From assembly GCA_018920365.1 (NCBI GenBank), contig JAHLMM010000001.1, positions 135,628 through 199,627 of the forward strand: 64,000 nucleotides of DNA. Direction: 5' to 3'. Shown here in pieces: positions 56,087 to 64,000 of the stretch. The notes under the pieces are model-generated. The model searched no databases. It saw only the letters and a list, made by a program, of their open reading frames with translations, and was not told where the DNA came from. Each line of letters starts with the position of its first letter. Position 1 is the first letter of the stretch. This DNA comes from Candidatus Aenigmatarchaeota archaeon. GTDB taxonomy: Archaea; Aenigmatarchaeota; Aenigmatarchaeia; CG10238-14. Position numbers and translations under genes: made by a program.

Positions 56087-56806
56087 GTGTCTCATGCTAT
56101 ATCGATTGTGATGCCTGCATTTAACGAGGCTAAAAACATAGAAAAGGCTATTTTAGATTTCAAGAATATACCAGAAGTGACAGAAATAATAGTTGTTGAT
56201 AACAATTCAACTGACGGTACTGCTGAAATTGCTGAAAGAACAGGCGCAAAAGTCGTAAAAGAACCCCGTCAAGGCTATGGGTATGCTTGCAGAAGAGGTT
56301 TAAGTGAAGCGACCGGTGACATTATATTTTTGGTTGAGTCAGATCAAACCTTTTTTGCAAAGGATATATATAAATTTCTACCTTATTTGGATGATTTTGA
56401 TATGGTTTTAGGAACTAGAACATGCAAACAACTTGTAAAACCGGGTGCAAAAATGGGATGGTTTTTAAGACTGGGAAACATATTTCTTGCAAAAATGATA
56501 GAGTTGCTTTTCTATGAACATGAAGTCAGACTGACAGATGTTGGTTGCACCTACAGGGCAATAAAATCAAGAGCTTTGAAAAAAATAATAAAAAAGTTTG
56601 AAGTTGGTGGAAACCATTTTTCTCCAGAAATGATAGTAGAAGCAATGTGCAACAATTTAAAAATAGTAGAAATACCTGTTCATTACGGAAAGAGAAAGGG
56701 TGAATCAAAAATAACTTCAAATTTTAGAAAATCTTTTATTCTTGGACTTAAAATGATTTCATTAATTCTCAGAAAAAGGATGAAATATGCTTTCAGAAAA
56801 AAATAA
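56087..56806 (+). CDS. Dolichyl-phosphate mannose/glucose synthase-like GT2
   Basis: ISIVMPAFNEAKNI, VVDNNSTDGTAEIA, FLVESDQ (DxD), 239 aa soluble. Confidence 0.7.
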   Translation: MSHAISIVMPAFNEAKNIEKAILDFKNIPEVTEIIVVDNNSTDGTAEIAERTGAKVVKEPRQGYGYACRRGLSEATGDIIFLVESDQTFFAKDIYKFLPYLDDFDMVLGTRTCKQLVKPGAKMGWFLRLGNIFLAKMIELLFYEHEVRLTDVGCTYRAIKSRALKKIIKKFEVGGNHFSPEMIVEAMCNNLKIVEIPVHYGKRKGESKITSNFRKSFILGLKMISLILRKRMKYAFRKK

Positions 56807-58343
56807 ACACATACTTCTATTGATTTTAATATTAGTTTTAGGATCAATTTTAAGATTACAAAACCTGAATAAAGACTATCAAAGGGACGAGAGCCGCTTT
56901 TTAGAAGCAGTGATAAATTTTAATAATAAAGGAACATTGACATACAACGAAAAATCAATTGGCGAAAATCTAATTACTGTTTTTGATCATCACCCACCAT
57001 TATATATAATTTATCTTTCAAATATCGTAAAAATTTTCGGAACAAACATAGTTATAGTAAGATTTTTTACCGTTATATTTTCCATATTTTCCATAGTTTT
57101 TGTATATTTGATTGGTAGTTCTTATGGAAAAAAAGAAATAGGTCTTTTAGCAGCTTTCTTAATTTCAATAAATAGAATTCACGTTGAATATTCACAACAA
57201 ATAGATATAGATGGATCATTTCTAACATTTTTAATTTTAGCATCATCTTACTTTTTTATAAGATGGTTAGACAAAAAAGAAAAAAAATACTATTTTTTAA
57301 CAGCAATTTTTACAACATTGTCATTATTAACAAAAATAACATCAATAGCCTGGTTTGTTTCTTTGATCGTTTTTTTAATATATAAGAAAAAACAAAAAGA
57401 AGGATTCAATTTTGCAATTTTAGTCTTTGCTTTAACTTTTACATCTCTTTTGATATTTGGAATTTATCACAATATAAATTATTTTTATTCAGTAATTAAT
57501 CATATTTTCAAAAATGTGTCAGAAAAAACCCAAACAAACATTTTATGGAAAATTTACGAGTTTTTTGGAATAATAACATGGGAGTTTACACCATCAGTTT
57601 TATTGATATTTGCTTTATCTTCATTATATTTTGTCAAAAAAAGCATTGATCATAATTTTATCTTCATTTTTCTTTATGGGTTGCCGCATATAGCAATTTT
57701 GGGTATAACTAGATATTTTGTCCCAATAATACCTTTTATAATAATAATTTCTAGTGTATATCTAAATAAAAACATTAATTTTAAAAGAAAAAAATCACAG
57801 ATATTTGCTTTATGCTTGTTATTATTTTCAATTTTATATTTTCTAAAAATTAGGACAGATGTAGTTTTTTTAAAAGACATTAGAAATAATATTGTTTTTA
57901 TATCAATACCTTATATGTTGACATTACTTTCATTTGTTTTATTGAAATTCAAAAAAGATTTGTTTTTTGTATACATTTTGGCATTGATAATATCTTTAAA
58001 CATATATTTTTCTATAGAGGCAGTAAACCCAATATTTACGCCAAGATTCTATAAATCTATAGAAATATCGTCTGATTTGATAAAGAGTATAGAAAATAAC
58101 ACGCCAATAATAACTTCGCATGATATTTCTTTCAAATGCGGAATAAAATTTTACGAGTCTGATATATATTTAAGATATTCAAACTTTACTGAATTTTACA
58201 ATAAAAACAAAAATTTTTATGTTATTGACTACAGAACAAATTCATTTTTGGAAGATAAGACTAGAGAATTTTTAGATAACAAATGCTATCGATATTCATA
58301 CAAAGATAAAAATGTAGAAATATTAATCATATACAAGTGTTAA
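56787..58343 (+). CDS. Second GT-C fold membrane glycosyltransferase (PMT_2/ArnT-like)
   Basis: ~13 TM, first loop KDYQRDESRFLEAVINF, 518 aa; next to the DPM-synthase-like gene that could supply its lipid-linked donor. Confidence 0.5.
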   Translation: MLSEKNKHILLLILILVLGSILRLQNLNKDYQRDESRFLEAVINFNNKGTLTYNEKSIGENLITVFDHHPPLYIIYLSNIVKIFGTNIVIVRFFTVIFSIFSIVFVYLIGSSYGKKEIGLLAAFLISINRIHVEYSQQIDIDGSFLTFLILASSYFFIRWLDKKEKKYYFLTAIFTTLSLLTKITSIAWFVSLIVFLIYKKKQKEGFNFAILVFALTFTSLLIFGIYHNINYFYSVINHIFKNVSEKTQTNILWKIYEFFGIITWEFTPSVLLIFALSSLYFVKKSIDHNFIFIFLYGLPHIAILGITRYFVPIIPFIIIISSVYLNKNINFKRKKSQIFALCLLLFSILYFLKIRTDVVFLKDIRNNIVFISIPYMLTLLSFVLLKFKKDLFFVYILALIISLNIYFSIEAVNPIFTPRFYKSIEISSDLIKSIENNTPIITSHDISFKCGIKFYESDIYLRYSNFTEFYNKNKNFYVIDYRTNSFLEDKTREFLDNKCYRYSYKDKNVEILIIYKC

Positions 58344-58487
58344 TATGGAAAAATATTTTGATACAAGATTCAAGCACTCCAAAATTAAAGAGCAAATATG
58401 GAAAGAATTATCATTGTATATTCATAAAAAGTTCCAATAAAAAAAGACTATAAAGTTTTAGATTTAGGTGCTGGATATTGTTATTTT

Positions 58488-58979
58488 GTGAATAATATTA
58501 ATGTTAAAGAAAAACACGCACTTGATAAATCACCAATACCTTTAAAATATGCCAAAAATGATGTAATTAAACACATTTCAGATTGTAGGAAATTAAATTT
58601 TGAAAAAGAATATTTTGATGTTGTATTTTGTAGTAATTTACTTGAACATTTAACAATGAATGAAGTGTTTTTGGTATCAAAAAAAGTGAATAAAATTTTA
58701 AAAAAAGGCGGCAAATTTGTCATTTTGAGCCCAAACTATTTTTATGCTTATAGAGAATATTTTGATGATTACGATCACAAGTCTATACTGACTCATAAAA
58801 ATATAAAGGATATTTTAGTTTCATGCGGCTTTGAAATAGAAAAGATAATTCCAAGATTCTTGTCATTTTCAGCAAATGAAACTAAATTTTTTAATAAGAT
58901 TTTATTCAATCTATATTTGTCATCTCCATATAAACCATTTGCAAAACAAATGTTAGTTATAGCTAGAAGATCACATTAA
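58488..58979 (+). CDS. Class I SAM-dependent methyltransferase, C-terminal part of an apparently frameshifted gene (N-terminal piece at 58345..58440 in another frame)
   Basis: Post-motif-I blocks FDVVFCSNLLEH and LKKGGKFVILSPN; motif I (KVLDLGAGYCYF) lies upstream in the same frame but with no ATG. Confidence 0.5.
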   Translation: MNNINVKEKHALDKSPIPLKYAKNDVIKHISDCRKLNFEKEYFDVVFCSNLLEHLTMNEVFLVSKKVNKILKKGGKFVILSPNYFYAYREYFDDYDHKSILTHKNIKDILVSCGFEIEKIIPRFLSFSANETKFFNKILFNLYLSSPYKPFAKQMLVIARRSH

Positions 58980-59966
58980 TTTTTGTACCCAAACTTTTGG
59001 TGCCTTTTTTGTTATTTCAAGAGGAATTCTGTATGAAGGTTTTTGTGGACCTATTTCTTTTGCCCATTCAACCATTTTTTTAACACCTTTCTTGAGATTG
59101 TTTTTTGTTTTATAATCCAGAAGCTTTTGAGATTTTTCTATTGTACAAAATGCATGTTTGACCTCTCTTGGTCTTGCAGGTTCGTATATAGGCTCAAAGT
59201 CAGACCCCATTGATTCTAAAACTATTTTACAAGCGTCATTTATTGACGTTACTTCTTCACTACCGACATTAATAACCTGATTAACACACTTGTCATAAAA
59301 ACCAGCATTTGCTATAGCAGGTGTCACATCTTCAATAAAAGAAAACGCCCTTGTCTGATGACCATCCCCATATATTATCGGCGGCTTGTTGTTCATTATT
59401 CTATTAATCCATATGCCTAGAACATTCCTAAAAGGGTCTGCTATGTTTTGTCTTGGTCCGTAAACATTGTGCGGCCTTATTACCACAAATTCGAAATCAA
59501 ATGTTTCAGCAAAAGTTTTCAGCATCATCTCACAATAATATTTGCTTATTCCATATGGATCTTCTGGTTTTGGAATCATACTTTCATCGAACGGTGTTTT
59601 TTGATCCCCATATACAGCCATAGATGAAGTGAAAACAAATCTTTTAACATTGTTATTTACAGCAGCAACAAGCAAATTATTCATCGGAGTTATGTTTATA
59701 TCATTGATTTCTATCGGTGAAAAAACAGATTGTCCTTCCGCCGCATAAGCCGCTAGATGAAATATTATATCCACACCTTTTACTATCTTGTCAACCCCCT
59801 TTTTGTTTCTTACATCCATTTTTATGAATTTGCATTTTGGGCTTACATTTCTCATAAAACCCCCGCTTAAATCATCAACACTTGTTACATCATGACCTCT
59901 TTTTAAAAGTTCGTCTACTAACCAAGAACCCATAAAACCAGCGCCACCAGTGACAAGTATTTTCAT
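58971..59966 (-). CDS. NAD-dependent nucleotide-sugar epimerase/dehydratase (SDR family)
   Basis: MKILVTGGAGFMGSWLVDELLKRGHDV Rossmann motif; YxxxK region ...YGISKYYCE. Confidence 0.8.
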   Translation of the reverse strand: MKILVTGGAGFMGSWLVDELLKRGHDVTSVDDLSGGFMRNVSPKCKFIKMDVRNKKGVDKIVKGVDIIFHLAAYAAEGQSVFSPIEINDINITPMNNLLVAAVNNNVKRFVFTSSMAVYGDQKTPFDESMIPKPEDPYGISKYYCEMMLKTFAETFDFEFVVIRPHNVYGPRQNIADPFRNVLGIWINRIMNNKPPIIYGDGHQTRAFSFIEDVTPAIANAGFYDKCVNQVINVGSEEVTSINDACKIVLESMGSDFEPIYEPARPREVKHAFCTIEKSQKLLDYKTKNNLKKGVKKMVEWAKEIGPQKPSYRIPLEITKKAPKVWVQKLM

Positions 59967-59981
59967 AATACCACCAAAAAA

Positions 59982-60614
59982 TTAATATTTTTGAGCCTTA
60001 AAAAATATATGCCAGCCGAAAAATGTATCTATTGGCATATACATCAAAGTGGATCTTTTGATCATTAAAACGTTGAATCCAGCATATTTTAGCATGTTTT
60101 TCAGCTCAACTACATCAAAGGCTATTATATGTTCTTGATTATAATTGTCAGGTCCTACACCTATTAGTCTGCTCAACATTCTATTTAGTGAGTAAAGATT
60201 TGGTGTAGATCCTATAAGAATCCCTTCATTCTTCAATGCTTTTTTTATGTTGAGCAAAGCATCATAAGGTCTTGTAAGATGTTCGATTACTTCACCCAAG
60301 ACGACATAATCAAACTTGTTTTCCAGTTCTGTTGGAAGCTGTTCGCAAATATCAAAACAATACGCCTCAACGCTTTTTTTCAAAAGCCTGTCTATACGTG
60401 GCTTGCTTATATCAGCTGCAACATACTTGCATTTTTTTCCAAGAAAAATTTTCAATTCACCTTCTCTGGAACCTATGTCGAGGACAGTTGAGCCATCTTT
60501 TATCATTTTTGCAAAAGTTTCATATCTTATTCTATCAGTTCTGTTTATTGTCTTTATTTCCTTCTTGCCTACTCGGTCATAATGTTCTTTGAAATTCATA
60601 AATTGATATTTCAT
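59982..60614 (-). CDS. Class I SAM-dependent methyltransferase
   Basis: VLDIGSREGE motif I, DYVVLGEVIEHL, LKNEGILIGSTPN. Confidence 0.7.
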   Translation of the reverse strand: MKYQFMNFKEHYDRVGKKEIKTINRTDRIRYETFAKMIKDGSTVLDIGSREGELKIFLGKKCKYVAADISKPRIDRLLKKSVEAYCFDICEQLPTELENKFDYVVLGEVIEHLTRPYDALLNIKKALKNEGILIGSTPNLYSLNRMLSRLIGVGPDNYNQEHIIAFDVVELKNMLKYAGFNVLMIKRSTLMYMPIDTFFGWHIFFKAQKY

Positions 60615-60626
60615 TAAAAGAATAAA

Positions 60627-61727
60627 TTACTTTTCAATTATTGCCTTTATTTCCTTTATAAAGTTCTCAGTTGAGAAAATTTTAGCTCTTTTTATGCATT
60701 CATTTTTCATTTCTCTAGCTTTTTCTGGTGTCAGCATATTTACATATTTTATTATTTCATCCTCTTTAGCCTCTATCAAAAACCCAGTCTTGCCGTTTAT
60801 TATAGTCTCTTTAGGGCCACCTTCATTTGCTGCTATGCAAGGCTTACCAGACGCCATTGATTCTATTGGAACAAGGCCATAATCTTCATTTACAGGCATG
60901 TAGATTGTTGCAGTGCATCTAGAATACAAGTCTATAATTTCTTCAAAGCTGACATTTCCTTTAAATTCTATATTTTTAGCATCTTTAGCAAGCTTGTGCA
61001 GCTTTTCTCTTTCAGGACCGTCTCCAGTTATTACAAGTTTTTTTTCAGGCATTTTTTTAAATGCTTTAATTATCAAGTCAATTCTTTTTTCTTTAACAAA
61101 TCTTCCAGGAGCAAAATAAAAATCTTCATAATCTTTGCACTTGTATTTTTCCACTTCAACAGGGTGGTATGTCACCTTGGCTTTAATTCCATAATATTTT
61201 TCAAGTCTATTCGCAACATTTTGGGAATTTGCAGTTATATTATCAAAATTTTTAACCCATTTTTTGTCAAATTGCTTATAAATTAAACACCATAACTTAA
61301 AAACTGGCTTTTGCCATAATTTTAGATTTTTGTAGATGAAATCATGTAAATCATAAACAGATCTTATTGGGCTTGAACATATCCATGTGTTTGGATGATT
61401 GTTTTTTGATGCTGAAATGCAATATAGTCTCATAAAAAGATAGTGATCATATCCATACAATTTTAGTTTAGAAAACCTCCAAGCTATTTCGCTATATGTA
61501 AGAAGTTTTGAATTTTTAAATTTCAGACCTATCTCATTGACTTTGATTCCTTTTAGCTCATTTTCAAACAAATTCCAATTTACATATGTAGTGTATATAT
61601 CAGCATTTAATTTTCTAGCTAAAGTTATTGCAACTCTTTCAGCACCGCCTAGCTCATCAAATATATCAAAAAATAATGCTATTTTCATTAAAAATAGATT
61701 AAAACAAAAAAATTTATTGATTTTCAA
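60627..61727 (-). CDS. GT4 glycosyltransferase (start possibly the internal Met near 61685)
   Basis: LGGAERV N-terminal, DYGLVPIESMASGKPCIAANEGGPKE C-terminal E-x7-E region. Confidence 0.75.
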   Translation of the reverse strand: MKINKFFCFNLFLMKIALFFDIFDELGGAERVAITLARKLNADIYTTYVNWNLFENELKGIKVNEIGLKFKNSKLLTYSEIAWRFSKLKLYGYDHYLFMRLYCISASKNNHPNTWICSSPIRSVYDLHDFIYKNLKLWQKPVFKLWCLIYKQFDKKWVKNFDNITANSQNVANRLEKYYGIKAKVTYHPVEVEKYKCKDYEDFYFAPGRFVKEKRIDLIIKAFKKMPEKKLVITGDGPEREKLHKLAKDAKNIEFKGNVSFEEIIDLYSRCTATIYMPVNEDYGLVPIESMASGKPCIAANEGGPKETIINGKTGFLIEAKEDEIIKYVNMLTPEKAREMKNECIKRAKIFSTENFIKEIKAIIEK

Positions 61728-61800
61728 TGTTTATTTTTTTCAAATATTTGAGCAAAAAGTAAATATTCTCTTTAAAATTTGGATCATTTTCTATATAATT

Positions 61801-64000
61801 ATGAAAAAGCTCTTTCTGTTAATATTTACTTTGATTTTTTTGCATTCAGCAAGCGCTTGGTTTAATGATGACTTTTCATATAGAAGAGAAATCATAATCA
61901 ATGATATTAGCAACATTCAAGAAAACTTTACAATTAATATTACTTTGGATACAACAAGCTTAATAAATGAAGGAAAAATAAAAAGTGATTGCTCTGACTT
62001 GATAGTTGTTTATAATAATTTAGAAATTGATAGAGATTTGTTGGATTGCGGAAAGGCACAGACAAAAGTCTACTTTAAAATCCAAGGAAAAAACACAACA
62101 GACAAATATTATATTTATTACGGCAACAGTCAAAACTACCAACCAAAATCAAATAAATCAAATGTTTATTATTTTTATGATAGTTTTGAATATTCTGATT
62201 TATCTTCAAACGGTTGGGTCTATGAATATAATGTATGGAATATAGATTCACAAAATGCTTTTGATGGTTCGAGATCTGTTTTTACTAGCGGTTATTACGC
62301 TGGTTGGAGAACAATGTATAACAGAAAAATAAATTTAACAAATTTTATTTATACAGTATATTCATCTATTGACACAGAATCAGATGTGTGGGGGTTTGGT
62401 GTAGCATTTAATGTTAATGATAAAGGAAATACTATTGAAAAAAATAGGTATATAGCAAACTGGGAATATCAAATAGGTTCTGGGGTTGGTGGTTGGTCGT
62501 TTAATCTTAGGAAAGTTATATATGACGGTGTTTTTTTCCAACATTTAAGTTTAGGTGCTGTATATCCATATAATTACTCAGCATATAATTTAACAAGACC
62601 ATACCTTAACAGATGGTACAAATTCACAATAATAAGAAATTATCCAAATGTCAAAGTTTTCTTTGACGACAAATTTATATTCGATGTTAACGATTCAACA
62701 TACGAATCTGGAAGCATTGGTTTCAATAGATATTCCAATTATCCTTCAGATAGAAAGTCATGGTATGATAATGCTATTGTAATGCTATATCAGGATCCGT
62801 GGCCAAATATTTTACTATCAAATGAACAGACAAAAAATGATATGACTTTAGTTATTCATAGTGATGATATTTTATACGAAAATCAAAATCAATTTTTATT
62901 GTTCAATGCTTTCTCCAATTATCAATATATTAATAACTTGACGTCTAAAGATATATATCTTAAAATAGAAAATGAAAATGTTACAATAAAAAATTTTGTA
63001 AATTATAATAACGGAACATATAAAGTTGAATTCTTATACAAGACAAGTCATCTTGGGAAGAAAAAAATTGAATTGTATGCAAAATCGTCTTATAATTATT
63101 CATATTCATATTTTATTACAAATATAAAAACCAGACCACTTATAATTACAAACAATAACTGGGAAAATTATATAGAAGCAGTTTCTACACGAAATCCTGT
63201 TTTAATTTACGAGAATTCTAGATATTTAATAGATGAATTTATAGATTATTACAAACCAGATTCTATTTTTGTTGTAGAAAATTCTGTTGACATAGATAAT
63301 GCTTATTATTTGGACAGTAATACAATGAACATAATTTTTTTCAGAAATAAAAACATAGTTGTTACAGAAGACAAAGAATTATCTATAAAAGCTTCTATGA
63401 TAGGAGATAATATACTGATAAAACCAAGTCATGAATTGATAAGTTTGATAAACCCACAAAAAATAACTAAAATAACAAATTATAATCAAATAAAAAATTT
63501 GATAAAAGAAAAAAAGACAAATTACATAGTTTTAACAAACCCAACTAAAAATAATTCAATTTTTGCGGCTAAACTGGCGTTTGACAAAAATGCATATATA
63601 GAATTTTCCGAATTAAATCCTGAAGAAACTAGAAATATTTTAAAGAATGCATTAAAAGCATCAAATTTTGAAAAAACATTAGATTATAAATTAAATGAAA
63701 AATTGTTTCTGGCTTTGATTGACGTTCCTATGTTTATTGTAAGTGATCCAGTTAAAGACAATAAGTTTGATGATTATGACGGAGAATTTTTGGAAACTGA
63801 CACACCTTACGGAGATTTGAATGGTGATATGTATTTGGATATTTCTGTAGGTAGACTTAACGGAACATTAGAGGAATTGTCATATCAACTTGAAATGAAA
63901 CCAAAAAATACAAAAAATATGATTTTAATATCTGTTTATGGAAAAGACATAGTTTCTAACATACTTTTTGGTTCACCTTTAATGCTTGAAACGACAAAAA
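61801..64000 (+). CDS. Large secreted surface protein, partial (open to window end): signal peptide, DUF2341/LamG-like domain, possible C25 (gingipain)-like segment
   Basis: MKKLFLLIFTLIFLHSASA signal peptide; WFNDDFSYRREIIIND matches DUF2341 start (W..xW.YR..I.I); numerous N-x-S/T sequons; LETDTPYGDLNGDMYLDISVGRL resembles C25 D...DGD...D(I/V)xVGR block; no stop for >733 codons. Confidence 0.6.
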   Translation, partial: MKKLFLLIFTLIFLHSASAWFNDDFSYRREIIINDISNIQENFTINITLDTTSLINEGKIKSDCSDLIVVYNNLEIDRDLLDCGKAQTKVYFKIQGKNTTDKYYIYYGNSQNYQPKSNKSNVYYFYDSFEYSDLSSNGWVYEYNVWNIDSQNAFDGSRSVFTSGYYAGWRTMYNRKINLTNFIYTVYSSIDTESDVWGFGVAFNVNDKGNTIEKNRYIANWEYQIGSGVGGWSFNLRKVIYDGVFFQHLSLGAVYPYNYSAYNLTRPYLNRWYKFTIIRNYPNVKVFFDDKFIFDVNDSTYESGSIGFNRYSNYPSDRKSWYDNAIVMLYQDPWPNILLSNEQTKNDMTLVIHSDDILYENQNQFLLFNAFSNYQYINNLTSKDIYLKIENENVTIKNFVNYNNGTYKVEFLYKTSHLGKKKIELYAKSSYNYSYSYFITNIKTRPLIITNNNWENYIEAVSTRNPVLIYENSRYLIDEFIDYYKPDSIFVVENSVDIDNAYYLDSNTMNIIFFRNKNIVVTEDKELSIKASMIGDNILIKPSHELISLINPQKITKITNYNQIKNLIKEKKTNYIVLTNPTKNNSIFAAKLAFDKNAYIEFSELNPEETRNILKNALKASNFEKTLDYKLNEKLFLALIDVPMFIVSDPVKDNKFDDYDGEFLETDTPYGDLNGDMYLDISVGRLNGTLEELSYQLEMKPKNTKNMILISVYGKDIVSNILFGSPLMLETTK

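Overview
AT-rich archaeal chromosomal segment (eukaryote-like translation and replication proteins, intron-containing tRNA, no inteins; probably a small-genome DPANN-like archaeon, which is inference). The first ~38 kb is mostly information-processing genes: ribosomal proteins S15 and S3Ae, GluRS, tRNA-splicing endonuclease, Pelota, site-2 protease, cpGTPase, two tRNA-Leu genes (one with an intron), RpoD, Kae1, DnaG, fibrillarin and Nop5, SAM synthetase, HtpX, and an Orc1/Cdc6 to PolB replication cluster. Small accessory patches are embedded in it: a solo Cas4-like nuclease plus wHTH plus a Cas2-like ORF with no CRISPR array; an ExeA/AAA_22-like ATPase with wHTH next to a PRC-barrel gene and a Q/N-repeat HTH protein; and a free-standing LAGLIDADG endonuclease immediately after polB. 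From ~38.8 kb to ~61.7 kb lies a large protein N-glycosylation (agl-type) island: AglB/STT3, a Wzx flippase, an MraY-like AglH, a split Alg14/Alg13 pair, many GT2 and GT4 genes, two extra GT-C membrane glycosyltransferases, methyltransferases, a B12-binding radical SAM enzyme and an NAD-dependent epimerase. A >730-aa secreted DUF2341/LamG-like protein follows and runs off the window end. Most notable sequence-level observations: (i) a dispersed GTGAAGT motif, often in 11-bp-phased arrays, including an origin-like inverted/direct array upstream of the ExeA-like ATPase; (ii) a truncated PolD-small-subunit-like (DP1-like) OB-fold protein translationally coupled between orc1 and polB; (iii) perfect palindromes at the start sites of the wHTH and Cas2-like genes. 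No CRISPR array, rRNA, integrase or transposase was seen.
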